Positions 31,296 to 42,008 of a stretch of 64,000 bases of DNA are shown piece by piece (the first letter of the stretch is position 1; each line of letters begins with the position of its first letter). A program made the translations under genes and the position numbers. This DNA comes from Candidatus Omnitrophota bacterium. Its GTDB lineage: Bacteria; Omnitrophota; Omnitrophia; Omnitrophales; Aquincolibacteriaceae. The stretch covers positions 32,001-96,000 of the forward strand of contig JAZDJU010000031.1 in NCBI GenBank assembly GCA_043803685.1. The letters run 5' to 3'. Under the pieces are notes generated by a model. That model was given only the letters and a program-made list of their open reading frames with translations. It made no database searches and was not told the DNA's origin.

Positions 31296-32858
31296 CTACT
31301 TGACCCGGATCACAACAAGCGTCATATCGTCAAAGGGCGGTGCCTTGCCGATAAAATCCTGGATCCCGGATTGGATCTTCATAAAAAGGTCATGAGCGCT
31401 GAGCAAACTGTTCTGTTCGATCAGCCGCCTGAGCCTTTCGATGCCGAACATACTTCCGTCTTCCGCCCTGGCCTCGATCACTCCATCCGTGTACATCACC
31501 AAAATGTCCCTCGAAGCAAGCTGAAGCGTCATTTCCGGATAGACCTGTCCCGGAAGGATCCCCACGGGAACTCCACTCACCGAGACCTCGGAAAAAACCC
31601 TGCCTTCGGCCTTGAACCACAAAGGAGCATAATGCCCCGCGTTGGCGCAAGTCATTTGCTTTGTTTTTCCATCATAAAGCAGATAGAGAACCGTGATGAA
31701 CATCCCGTTCCCCAAGGCCGCGTCCGCCGCAATATAGTTGTTGGAGCGACTCAGGGTCTCTCCCGCACGCGTCTCCTCTGAAGAAATCACCTTAAAGACG
31801 CTCCGGGAGCGGGTCATGTAAAGAGTCCCGGGAAGCCCCTTGCCGGAAGCATCGGCAACAATGAATCCCGTTTTCCCGCGGGTGGGAAAGGAGAAAAAAT
31901 CATAATAATCGCCGCCCACCTCCTTGGCGGGAACGCTCCGGGCCTCAATCTCAAGACCTTCGATCAAGGGAGGACGTTCGGGAAAGATCGACCGTTGGAT
32001 CTCGGTCGCGATCTCCAGTTCACGTCTCACGCGTTCGTTCTCGCGCACCGTCGCCGCCAACTCGAGCATCATGCTCTTGAGGGATCCGGTCATGTTATTG
32101 AAGATACCGGACATACGATTGAACTCTGTCTCGGAAAAATGCCCCAACTGGTGTTCAAGATCACCGCTCCCCACCGTCTCCATTCCCTTGACCACCCGCC
32201 GGATCGGCTGCATAAGCCAGAGCGAACTCAGGAAACCGATCACCCACGAAAGACCCAGACAGGCTCCGATCGAGATCAGAAAAAGGCTGGAGAATTCCCA
32301 CCGGATCTGGCGAACCGTCTGTTGGGCGATGTCCACTCCGATAACACCCACGGTTTCTCCCGAGCGGGTCTTGACCGGAGCAAACGAGGAGACCCAGGTC
32401 CCCCACCGGTCCGTTTGACCTTTCAAATTCGCGAAAGGTTTTTGAAATCCCGTACGAACCGTGGGATCATTTCGGATATCGTAGCGTTCTCCGCACCCGA
32501 CCGGTGTGCGTTCGCGATCAGCATTCGTCACAAAGCGGACATAATCCGGATCGGGATCCTTAACCATGATATAGACATCGAAGACATCACGGTCGACTGC
32601 ACGAATACTCTGGAGCTTCTTGACGAGCGCCAACGCCTCGGGAGATTTCTCGCAGCCCGGTTGAATGGACACCGCCTGGATATCTTCCCCTGTGATCAGA
32701 TTGGCGCTGACTTTGGTAAGATTCTCGAGGTATTGCGTGAAGGCGTCATCGCGCAGTTTGGTGACTTTAAAATAAAAAAAGGAAAAAATGCCCATGAGGA
32801 CAATCGTACTGGAGAGAAAAAAAACGATCGAAAGACGGGACGCGAAGCTCTTGAACAT
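31296..32858 (-). CDS. Membrane sensor-HAMP-PP2C (SpoIIE/RsbU) phosphatase
   Basis: VGGDYYD, ADASGKG, NAGH, YTDG and DDMT motifs. Confidence 0.92.
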   Translation of the reverse strand: MFKSFASRLSIVFFLSSTIVLMGIFSFFYFKVTKLRDDAFTQYLENLTKVSANLITGEDIQAVSIQPGCEKSPEALALVKKLQSIRAVDRDVFDVYIMVKDPDPDYVRFVTNADRERTPVGCGERYDIRNDPTVRTGFQKPFANLKGQTDRWGTWVSSFAPVKTRSGETVGVIGVDIAQQTVRQIRWEFSSLFLISIGACLGLSWVIGFLSSLWLMQPIRRVVKGMETVGSGDLEHQLGHFSETEFNRMSGIFNNMTGSLKSMMLELAATVRENERVRRELEIATEIQRSIFPERPPLIEGLEIEARSVPAKEVGGDYYDFFSFPTRGKTGFIVADASGKGLPGTLYMTRSRSVFKVISSEETRAGETLSRSNNYIAADAALGNGMFITVLYLLYDGKTKQMTCANAGHYAPLWFKAEGRVFSEVSVSGVPVGILPGQVYPEMTLQLASRDILVMYTDGVIEARAEDGSMFGIERLRRLIEQNSLLSAHDLFMKIQSGIQDFIGKAPPFDDMTLVVIRVK

Positions 32859-32973
32859 GGCCGCATTCTAACTTTGCCCTGACCAAAAAGCTACTGGGAA
32901 TCGAAACCAAAGAGATTTTTCCGGGGGAAGCGCTTTTTTAAAACAGCCTTTCGAAACGCCAAGAACGCAGGGT

Positions 32974-35900
32974 CTAGCGGGACGTAAGATCGTTGATCTT
33001 TTTCTCGAGATCCAGCAAGGTCGCTTCGAAACTTCTGGCGCGAGACTGGCTCTTCGCGTGCTCTCTTTTCTCGTTTTCAAGTCTTTCTTCAAGATCCTTC
33101 TGTAAAGCGATCTTTTCACTCAAGAGAGCTTCCTTCTCACGCAATGTCTTGGTCAAATCCTCCAACGCGCGAGCCTTCTCACCCCCTTCGGCAAAAGCCT
33201 TTCCTTTTTCTTTTTCAAGATCGGAACATTGTGTCCGGAACTGCTGGATCTGGGTCGCGGCAAAAGCCGCGGCTCTTTCGAGATCTTGGATCCTGGAGGA
33301 TGCCACATCGATCTCCCCGCGCATTTTCTTACCTTCCTCGGTCAAACGAGCCCGTTCCCGCTCGGAAGCCGCGATCTCCGCTATCCGTTCTTCGATCTCC
33401 TTATGGGCAATCAGATTTTGCTCCACACGACAGGCGAGATCCTTCTCGATGCGATGCCGTTCTTCTTCCAATCGTTTCTTATCCTCCTCGAAAGAAGCCC
33501 TGTCACTTTCCAGGTTTTTTTCAAGTTCACGAACCCGGGCTTTTAAGGTCTCCATCTCTTTTCCTCGTTCCGCCAGATCTTTTTGGAGACCCGCGCTGAG
33601 ATTCCCCAACGACTTGAGTTCCACGGCCTTCTCTCCGGCATCCTTCAATGCGGCTTGTTTCTCACAGTCCAAGCGCTTGGCATCCTCTTCTAATGTCGCA
33701 AGAGCCGCCCGATCCTTCTCGAGCGCCGCCTCCAACCCACTGACTTTCCCGACCAACTGTTCAACCATTTCTCTTGCTTCACGGAAACCGTCCTTCAACC
33801 GTTCTTCTTCTTTTTCTTTCTCCAATAGTTCCGAGCCTAAGGCTTTCCGGTCGACTGCAGCTTGAGCCTTCTCGACTTCAAGCGCGGCGCGCATTTTTTC
33901 GTATGCGTCCACCGAAGCGCGGTACTTCTCCGTAAGTTCGTCCGCCGCAACGTCCCTCACCTTGATCTCAGCTTCCGCCGCCGTACATTTCGTCTCCAAA
34001 CTCCGGAGATCCTCCCACAGTCGGGCTTCCTCCGAGGTCTTCACCTCCAAAGCCTGCAACAACTCCGACTTCCCTTTCTCTAACGCCTCGATCCGCGAAC
34101 GGTCTTCCGCCGATGTTTCCTCCAACTCGCGAACACGAGTCGACAAACCTTCAGATTCCTCTGTCTTTGATTCCAAGGTCTTTGAAAGATCGAACTTTTC
34201 TTTCTCCAACAACTGGATCTGGGATCGAGTCTCCTCCGCATTTTTTCAAATTGATCGACCCGAGCTCTCAGATCTCCCGATTCTTTCACACGCTCGGCCA
34301 GCTCTTTCTCAAGACCCGCGCTAATCTCGCCTAAAGACTCCAACTCGATGACCTTGTCCCCAACTTCCTTCAATGCCGCTTGTTTCTCACGCGCGAGATT
34401 TCTCGCATTTTCTTCAAATACAAGGAGCGCCACCCTGTTTTTTTTGAGCATTTCCTCAAAGACCTGGGCGTTGACCTTCACTTCTTCCGATTCTTTCGCC
34501 ACCGATGCCAGATCCTTCTCAAGACGGGCCTTCTCGCCCTCCAGCTCCGCACACTTTTTCTCGTAAGCTTCCACCGCCGCGCGGTGCTTCTCCACAAGTT
34601 CGGCCACCGCCGCATCTTTCGCCTGAATCTCAGCTTCCACCGCTACGCGGTGCTTCTCCGCAATTTCGCTCGCCGCCGCAGCATTCTTCCTGATCTCAGC
34701 TTCCGCCGCCACGTGGTTCGCTTCCACCTTCCCAAGCTCTTCACGCAACTGCGCCGCTTCAGCACGCTTCGACTCCAGAGCCTGCGACAACTCCGAATTT
34801 TCTCTCCCTAACACCTGGATCTGAGACCGGTCTCCCTCCGATGTCTTCTCCAACTCTCGAACACGAACCTGCAATTCTTCCAACTCTTTTGCCACCGATG
34901 CCAGATCCTTCTCAAGACGGGCCTTCTCGTCTTCGAGCTCCGCACACTGCTTTTCATAAACTTCCGCACTCTCAAGCTTTTCACGCAGTTGCGCTTCTTC
35001 AGCACGCTTCGATTCAAAGGCCTTGAAAAGATCCGCCTTCTGTTTCTCCAATCCTCCAAGATTCGCTTCCAACTCCTTCACACGCGATTGGATCTCAAAA
35101 AAATCTTCACGCAGCTTCGTCTCTTCCCTCACTTTTCCCGCGAGCTCCTCGTTGAGCGATCGCCGATCCTCCTCAAGACGGGTCTTTTCGACTTCAAGCG
35201 CCGCCACCACTGCCGCTTTTTCCTCGCCGTCCTTCAATGCCAGAATTTTGTCTTGCTCCAAACGTTTCTGATCATCCGCTAAAACAGTCAGCGCCGCCCG
35301 GCTTTCCGCAAGCGTCTCTTCTAATTCACCAAGACGCACCTTGAACTCCTCGGACTCTTTCGTCTTCAAGCCCAGGTCCTTTTCCAGGCGAACTGTCGCA
35401 GTTCTAAGCACCGCCAACTCCGCGGCTTTCCCTTCTCCGTCCTTCAACGCAGCCTGATTCCGGTGCTCCAACCCTTGCACCTCCGACCAAAGCCGCGCTT
35501 CCTCAGCTCGTTTCGTCTCGAGTTCTTTGAAAAGATCTGACTTCTCTTTCTCCAAACCCTGGATCCTCAGTTGGCCGGCCTCGAATGATTCCTCAAATCC
35601 GCGAACCCGTGCTTTAAGATCCTCCGACTCCTTCACCTTAGATCCCAGATCCTTCTCAAGCCGGGCTTTGGCTTCCCCAAGCGCCGCCAATTCCGAAGCC
35701 TTCAATTCGGCGTTCTTCAATGCCGCTTGTTTCTCTTGCTCCAAACATCGCCTATCATCCCCGGAGGCATCCAGAGCCGACCGGGTCTCTTCCAACGTTT
35801 TCTCTAATCCCAGGATCCGCGTCTGCAATGCGTCCGAATCATTGGCCTTTAAAACAAGATCCTTCTCAAGACGAGCCTTGGATTCTTCTAAGGCCGTCAA

Positions 35901-36569
35901 CTGGGTAGTTTTTTCTTCGATCTTCTTGATCTGCGCACGCGCGGCTTCTATTTCGATCTCAAGCTCCGCCATCTTCAGTCCGGCTTTTTCTTCGTCCGCA
36001 CGAAGCCGCTTGATCACTTCAAGAAGCAAGGCGTTCTCTTTCTCCAGAGTTTTGCGTTTATGTTCCTCGGCGGCGCGTGCTCCCACCTTTTCATGGAGGG
36101 CCTCGCGGGTTCCTTCCTGTTGAAATTTCACCTTGAAGGCTTCTACGTGGGCTTTCTTCTCCGCGGCTAGCTCCGCTTCGAGCCGCTCGCTTTTTTTCTG
36201 CAATTCCTCAAGACGCGATTCCCACTGCTTCCTCTCGGAGGCAAAACGATCCATGCCGGAGGGCACCAGATATTCCTCTTTGTTTTCATGGAGAAAATGC
36301 GTCGGAGAGCCAAGCGAATACACCTTCTGAGGAGATACTGTTTGAGAGGGAGTCGTGGTTTTGGGGGATTCCTTCACTTTTCCCAACAGATCCATAAGGT
36401 CCATCAGTTCCATAAGATCGACCTTGGAGGGCGCTCGAGTCGCCTTGCTTCTATCCGCCGAAGAGTCGCCTTGTTTGAAATAATGCTCGGTCAGGGCCTC
36501 CGCAACGAGGGTGGAGAGACGCCCGCTTTTCACCAGCTCATGGATCTGCTCTTCCAAGGAATTTTTCAT
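32974..36569 (-). CDS. Very long repetitive coiled-coil protein split by a one-base frameshift near 34243
   Basis: Two ORFs carry the same LEKDL/QAALKD/RVRELE repeats; adding one A to the A6 run (plus-strand T6 at 34241-34246) fuses them; GGAGG RBS before the ATG at 36569. Confidence 0.75.
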
Positions 36570-36816
36570 ACCAAAACCTCCGGAAATAAAGAATCCGAAT
36601 CCTGTGAGGAAAACCCGCTTCGAGGGCGCACGCGACGGAACCACCTTCTTCCATCACAGCCTCGATCCGGGAGGAGTTCTATTTTCTTCGCTAAAAAGTA
36701 CCATGTAAATGGATATTTTTCTAGTCCTTCGCAAATAAAAAAGCCATCGGCACCCATTCCCGATGGCCCTGCTAGATTCGCTCTTCTGTCACCCCAAACC
36801 GGTCGAGATAATCTCG

Positions 36817-36902
36817 CTAGTACTGTTCTCTATTTAATTTTAGGGGTTAACAGTGCTGTACCGCATACCCCTAATTTCAAATGTAATGTGATGCGGTGCT
36901 AG
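36817..36902. repeat. Two tandem ~40-bp hairpin units bounded by CTAG
   Basis: agtactgtt/aacagtgct and gtaccgcat/atgcggtgc stems with AT-rich loops. Confidence 0.6.
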
Positions 36903-36908
36903 TGGATG

Positions 36909-38078
36909 CTAGCCCTTTTTCTCGGCCGCATCCAGATAGAGCTTGGCGATAAGGCACTTCTCTTCATATCCATTGATAATGAACTCGATCCTCCGATCGC
37001 GGTCTTCGTCGGTCAAAGCGTCCGGACCCACCGGCTCGTCTCCAATGATCTTGCACACATCGTTGGTCCTCGAAAAGATCGCCCTCGCCCACTCCCCTTC
37101 ACTGCATTTTCCGAGAAGATACAAAATAGTCACGACGTACTGTCCGCCATAGAGCGAGCCGAGGTTATAAAGCACCGTTTTCTGGTACCCCGTAAAATCG
37201 GCCACAATATCCTGAAAAAAACTGACGATCCTTCTCCACTCTTCGCCGGTATACCGGTCCCACGCGGTAAGGGAGAAACCTTTCTCTTCCAGAAACAGCT
37301 TGACCCGTTCCTGCTGGACCTCCTGGTACATGGAAGTAACAGGATACCCCACGGCAGGCTCAAAAACAGGGTCACTACGCAGCCAGTGCGGCAGCTCTTT
37401 GAAAGGATCATTCTCCTCATTGAGGAAATCGACCTTTGAAGAAGCCAGGACATACGCACTGAAGAATTTGGGTTCCAGAACGATCCCATCCTCGATCAAA
37501 AGGTCGTCGCATCCTTCAAAATCACCCACGATCCTGGCCGCTAAGGCTTTTGTCGCTAATTCCAGCGGATTGCCTCGGAGAGTTTTGAGCCGTTCCCCGC
37601 CCGCCTCAATGTAATACCGGCCGTTCTGGCTGACCCATTTCAAAGCGCTGATCGGGATTTTTTTCAAGAGACCTTGCAGGATCATCGCCTGGAGAGCCTT
37701 CTGGCGATTGTCTAATGCGATCCGCATGCGGGGATCGACATGGATCGCGGCATCAAAACATTGAAGCGCTTCCTTGAAATTTTTCCCCATCATCAGCATC
37801 GAACCTTTGTTGACCAGTTCGTGCGTGCGTAAAAAATTACAGTGGAGCGCCTCCTCGTAGCATTCAAAGGCCTTACCAGCATTCCCAAGCCTGTCATAGC
37901 AACGGCCCAGATTGATCCAGGCCTTTTCATTATTACTATGAACCGCCAAAGCTTTTTCATAACACGCCTTGGCTTTTCCCCAAGCTCTGTTCTTGATGAA
38001 CTCAAAGCCGTCCGTCAGGAACATTTCGCATTCTTTACATGGTTCCTCGTGCACGGGGCACCTCCCCATCAAAACCAT
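36909..38078 (-). CDS. TPR protein with a C-terminal ATP12-like domain
   Basis: N-terminal TPRs (AWINLG...A...YEEAL); C-terminal part resembles ATP12 motifs. Confidence 0.7.
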   Translation of the reverse strand: MVLMGRCPVHEEPCKECEMFLTDGFEFIKNRAWGKAKACYEKALAVHSNNEKAWINLGRCYDRLGNAGKAFECYEEALHCNFLRTHELVNKGSMLMMGKNFKEALQCFDAAIHVDPRMRIALDNRQKALQAMILQGLLKKIPISALKWVSQNGRYYIEAGGERLKTLRGNPLELATKALAARIVGDFEGCDDLLIEDGIVLEPKFFSAYVLASSKVDFLNEENDPFKELPHWLRSDPVFEPAVGYPVTSMYQEVQQERVKLFLEEKGFSLTAWDRYTGEEWRRIVSFFQDIVADFTGYQKTVLYNLGSLYGGQYVVTILYLLGKCSEGEWARAIFSRTNDVCKIIGDEPVGPDALTDEDRDRRIEFIINGYEEKCLIAKLYLDAAEKKG

Positions 38079-38191
38079 TGCTTACGATGATTGCGCCGTA
38101 CCAATCTTCCTTATAACATTATAGCTCATTTTGAGCAATAATGAGAACGCAACAGCTCATAAGCGATCTTCTATTCGTACAAATTATCGCC

Positions 38192-38782
38192 TCAAGACTT
38201 CGCCGGACCTCCAAACCATAATTCGCTGTACCGGACAAACAGTCCACCCAAAAGAGAAAACGTCTTACCATAGAGCATTGATGCACTTTCTTGAAATACG
38301 GAGAAAACAACAGCCCCAATAATGGTCATAATAAATACAATAGAAAACGTCTGAGCCGCGAGACCGAGTCCTCTCTCGCGTTCGTTAGCCTTATTGTTTG
38401 AAGCCTCGGCCAGTTCCTTCCGATAGAAACGTTCCTCCTCCCCAAGACCTTTCAGAGCCTCCCCAAGTCTTGATCCCACGGGAAAGAACACGGCAAAAAT
38501 GGCCGCGAACAGGACGACCTTTTGCACTCCTTGGTCGTGGAGGGCAGACATCGTCCACCGTGACACAAAAGCCACATAAATGAGATAAACATAGGACTGC
38601 AAAAGAGCCGTAATCGCAACTCCAAAAACGAAGCGGGCTTTACCACACTTCCCCGACCGGTCGGGAGTGATCATCAACTTCCCCGGAACACTCAAAGCGT
38701 CCAGCACGAATGAAGCTATGAATTTCATGACGACGCCTAAAACCCCCAGCGCAACAATGAAACAAAACGTCCTCAAACCCAC
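38192..38782 (-). CDS. Hypothetical membrane protein
   Basis: Four or five hydrophobic segments; GGAGG RBS before the GTG start. Confidence 0.6.
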   Translation of the reverse strand: MGLRTFCFIVALGVLGVVMKFIASFVLDALSVPGKLMITPDRSGKCGKARFVFGVAITALLQSYVYLIYVAFVSRWTMSALHDQGVQKVVLFAAIFAVFFPVGSRLGEALKGLGEEERFYRKELAEASNNKANERERGLGLAAQTFSIVFIMTIIGAVVFSVFQESASMLYGKTFSLLGGLFVRYSELWFGGPAKS

Positions 38783-39054
38783 AATTCCCCTCCTGTTCCA
38801 CTCGTTCTGATCGAAAACCGCATCTCATGGCGACCCTGTGCGACACCTTTCTCCCTACATCCTTCTTACCTCAAACTTCGGCATTCAAGAAAAAAAACAT
38901 TACCTTATTCGTCACTTTGCTTGTGAGAAGCCCCGTCGATCCAGGACAAGAAAGCAAATTCTAAGAACCGGCCCGGGGGTGATAACATGTGTCGCTTTAC
39001 TTCAAAATGCGGGACGTAATAGCGGCTCGCAACAAGAAGGGATCTGAGTAACCG

Positions 39055-39264
39055 CTAGCACCATTGCAAGTTTGATCTTACCGGTGAACGGTGCTAGTCC
39101 CAATTCTTATCAATTTTAACGAAGTGGTCCCAATACCAATCAATCGAAGCACAGCTGAGATTGGGGCCATCCAAGTCGCCATTAATGAAATGAAAATGAA
39201 GACTTGGGTGGAAATTGGGGCAAGCCTTGTCGCCCTTTAATAAAAAAATGCAAGACAAGGCTAG
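39055..39264. repeat. Cluster of tandem and nested ~40-bp hairpin units
   Basis: Stems at 39055-39097, 39126-39168, 39169-39209 and 39223-39262, plus an outer stem 39097-39105/39213-39221. Confidence 0.65.
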
Positions 39265-39302
39265 AAGCGGTTTCATAAGTATGCGTAAACCTATAAGCAG
39301 TA

Positions 39303-39462
39303 TGTCATTCCCGCATGCTTCTAGCGGGAATCCAGCTCTGGTATGTATTCTGGATCCCCGCACTGAACAACCTATAACGCATTCAAGGAAGTTTAGTGCT
39401 GCACTTGTTCTCATTCAAAATTTTATTGAAAACAAGCGCGATTAATACATTCGGGGATGACA
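39303..39462. repeat. REP-like GTCATTCCCGC...GGGATGAC element interrupted by two ~40-bp hairpins
   Basis: gtcattcccgc...gcgggaatccag...ctggatccccg [39361-39440 insert] attaatacattcggggatgac. Confidence 0.75.
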
Positions 39463-39513
39463 ATCTGGAGAATGATGCCACAAAAGCATTTAGAGAGACT
39501 TATGAAACAGCTT

Positions 39514-40698
39514 CTAGCGATCTTGAGCGACATTCCTGGGAAGAATGAAAATGAAATGAGAGCCTTTGCCGGGTTCGCTCTCCACCCATATTTTCCCCCG
39601 GTGAAGCTCGACGATCTCCTTGGCGATGGGAAGACCGAGCCCTGTGCCTTCCTGTTTTTCGGCCGTGATGCGCTCGAACTTATCAAAGACTTTCGTCAAA
39701 AACGCCTTCGGGATGCCGGGCCCCGTATCCGCGATCTCGAAACGGACCTCTTCCCGGTTACCTTCAAGCTTGACCGTGAGCGTTCCGCCGGAAGGCGTAT
39801 ACTTGATGGCGTTATTCAGGAGGTTGATAATCACTTCGCTGATCCTGTCCCGGTCCACCCGGATCGCTCCCAAGTCTGGTGCCATTTCCAGTTTGAAGGT
39901 CAGCCCTTTTTTTGAGATCTGGCCCCGGTAAGAAACCATTATTTCGTCGACGAAAGGAGCGACGGCGAACATCTCTTTTTGAAGCTGCATATGCCCCGCT
40001 TCCAGTTTGGCGAGACTCAAAAGGTCCCCGAGCAGCCGGATGAGGCGGTCCGCGGTCCGCTCCCCCGCCGAGAGGCACCGTTTCTGCTCCTCATTGATCT
40101 CCCCAACCGTACCGCTGTGGATGATATCGAACGATTCTTTGATGATCGAAAGAGGTCCCCGGATCTCGTGCGAAACGTTGGCCACAAAAGACTTCATCTG
40201 TTCGTTCATCTTCTTCACGGTCTCTGAGGCCTTCCGTAACGACTCTTCAGTTTTTTTGTGAGCGGCGATCTCCAACGCCAGGCGAGCATTGGTCTCCGAA
40301 AGTTCGGCGGTCCTAAGTTCCACTTTCTTTTCCAATTCCCTGCCCGCCACTTCGAGCAGATCCCCCCTCTTTTTGCTCTCCTCGCTCAGGGTGCTTATCA
40401 AAAACCCGATGATGAAGAACATCGCGACACGGACTCCTTCGCCCATGACCTGGGAAAAATTCGAGTCGACGAAGAAATGGATGCCCAGCAACTGTACCGC
40501 AAGAAAGAGAACGACCCAGAAAACCTTCCGCTCCCACCACACGGCAGCAAGAATGATCGGAACATAGAACAGGTGGGTATAAACAACTTCCGTGCGAAGG
40601 ATCAAATGGAAATAATAGATGCTTGCGGAGGCCGTCAGGAAAAGAACCGCGATGACAACATTCTTGTAGGGTGCCACTACGACGTTCGTTTTTTTCAT
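39514..40698 (-). CDS. Membrane sensor histidine kinase
   Basis: N-terminal TMs with THLFYVPIIL; VSHEIRGPL, NAIKYT and GTGLGL motifs. Confidence 0.92.
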   Translation of the reverse strand: MKKTNVVVAPYKNVVIAVLFLTASASIYYFHLILRTEVVYTHLFYVPIILAAVWWERKVFWVVLFLAVQLLGIHFFVDSNFSQVMGEGVRVAMFFIIGFLISTLSEESKKRGDLLEVAGRELEKKVELRTAELSETNARLALEIAAHKKTEESLRKASETVKKMNEQMKSFVANVSHEIRGPLSIIKESFDIIHSGTVGEINEEQKRCLSAGERTADRLIRLLGDLLSLAKLEAGHMQLQKEMFAVAPFVDEIMVSYRGQISKKGLTFKLEMAPDLGAIRVDRDRISEVIINLLNNAIKYTPSGGTLTVKLEGNREEVRFEIADTGPGIPKAFLTKVFDKFERITAEKQEGTGLGLPIAKEIVELHRGKIWVESEPGKGSHFIFILPRNVAQDR

Positions 40699-40858
40699 TC
40701 TGAAATACCTATTCTCATCTTCACGATCCCAGAACAGCAATGCGCTGATTGTACATCTTTCGACCGGACTAACAAAGAAGAACTGTCGCCGCAATATCGC
40801 CGGTGATCCCGAATGGGATATAAATTCATTTCTCAACGAACATAAGAACAAACTTGCT

Positions 40859-41098
40859 CTACGAGTTCCTTGATTCCGGCTCCGAACGTTCTAACTTCTC
40901 CAGATTCGGGTTCGCCGACTGAAAGGCCGGGGCTTGCTCCGTGGAATTTTCGGGGGAAGTCATCGCCTTTTCCGCTCTCCGTGCCGCGATCGCTTTTCGC
41001 GCAACCCGGATCCCGAAGATGGCATACGCCGGAGGCGCCTCAAGAAAAAATGTTCCCGCCACAAGTCCGACCATCATCCATTTCAATGTCCTCGGCAT
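40859..41098 (-). CDS. Small exported hypothetical protein
   Basis: GGAGG RBS; signal-peptide-like N-terminus ending AYA. Confidence 0.6.
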   Translation of the reverse strand: MPRTLKWMMVGLVAGTFFLEAPPAYAIFGIRVARKAIAARRAEKAMTSPENSTEQAPAFQSANPNLEKLERSEPESRNS

Positions 41099-41122
41099 CT
41101 CTGACCTCCTCGATTCCAGTTT

Positions 41123-41464
41123 TTATTTTTTATCGTGAACAGTAAGCCAGATCGTTTTTTTCCGGGAAGAGGTCCAGTCGACGCGATGGCAGGTCTTCGC
41201 CGGAATGAACACGTGACCTCCCGCCTTCATATCAAGTTTCCCGCGAACTCCCTTAAAAAAGAGTCGTGCCCGGCCACGCAGAACGATCACCCACTCCGCC
41301 CTCTTCGAACAAAGCCATTGGCCTCCCGGCGTTACTTGCCCGCAGGAAACGATCCGCTCGACCTTAAAACCCTTCCCCGTGTGCAGACACGTGAACGCTT
41401 CCCGCTTTCTTGCGCTCGGAAGCCCTGTGAAAATGTTGCGGTATTTTATTTTTATCTTTGTCAT
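41123..41464 (-). CDS. Cupin domain protein
   Basis: VERIVSCGQ, EWVIVLRG, HRVDWT and TIWL motifs. Confidence 0.85.
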   Translation of the reverse strand: MTKIKIKYRNIFTGLPSARKREAFTCLHTGKGFKVERIVSCGQVTPGGQWLCSKRAEWVIVLRGRARLFFKGVRGKLDMKAGGHVFIPAKTCHRVDWTSSRKKTIWLTVHDKK

Positions 41465-41490
41465 AAAGATTTAAAAATGCGAAGTCTGCA

Positions 41491-41925
41491 CTATCGGAGC
41501 TTTTTATAGATAGCCCAAAGGGCCTTGACCCGACGACCTGAACGGCAGTGAAGGATCGCCGGCTTCGCCCCGTCCTGCAACAGAATGACTTTCAGCTCTT
41601 TGGCCTGAGAAACAGTAGGTGTCGTCACGGGAATATTGACGTACCGCAGTCCGTATTTTTCGACGAGAAGTTTTTCTCCGGCCGTGCCTTCCTCGGGAGT
41701 TCTGAGATCGATCACGGTCCGGTATCCCTTTTTCGCTGCGATCCCGATCCCCTTCTCACTCAGCAACCCGCCCCCGACAACGCCTTCTTCCAATTGTATT
41801 GCGCTCACGATCGAGCCCTTAAAATCATCCGCCTGCGACGCGCAAGCCGTCCGCGGCCCCAACCCCAGGATCATCCCGACCGGTAGCAAGATCCACCATA
41901 GTTTGGCCCAAAAGCGCCTCATCAT
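41491..41925 (-). CDS. Exported phosphatase-like/sulfur transferase (DUF442-like) protein
   Basis: VIDLRTPEE, YVNIPV and HCRSGRR (CX5R) motifs. Confidence 0.82.
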   Translation of the reverse strand: MMRRFWAKLWWILLPVGMILGLGPRTACASQADDFKGSIVSAIQLEEGVVGGGLLSEKGIGIAAKKGYRTVIDLRTPEEGTAGEKLLVEKYGLRYVNIPVTTPTVSQAKELKVILLQDGAKPAILHCRSGRRVKALWAIYKKLR

Positions 41926-42008
41926 CGTCTTCTCCCCTTTTACTTAGAGACCTAACGTCACTCGCGAACGCATCCCGTTACGAAATGAATGCAACAGAGC
42001 ACGAGCCC

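Noticed and set aside
39094..39445. Short ORFs over the hairpin cluster
   Set aside because: They translate REP and hairpin DNA and have no RBS or coding signature.
39055..39462. Possible CRISPR array
   Set aside because: No conserved direct repeat between units and no cas genes in the window.
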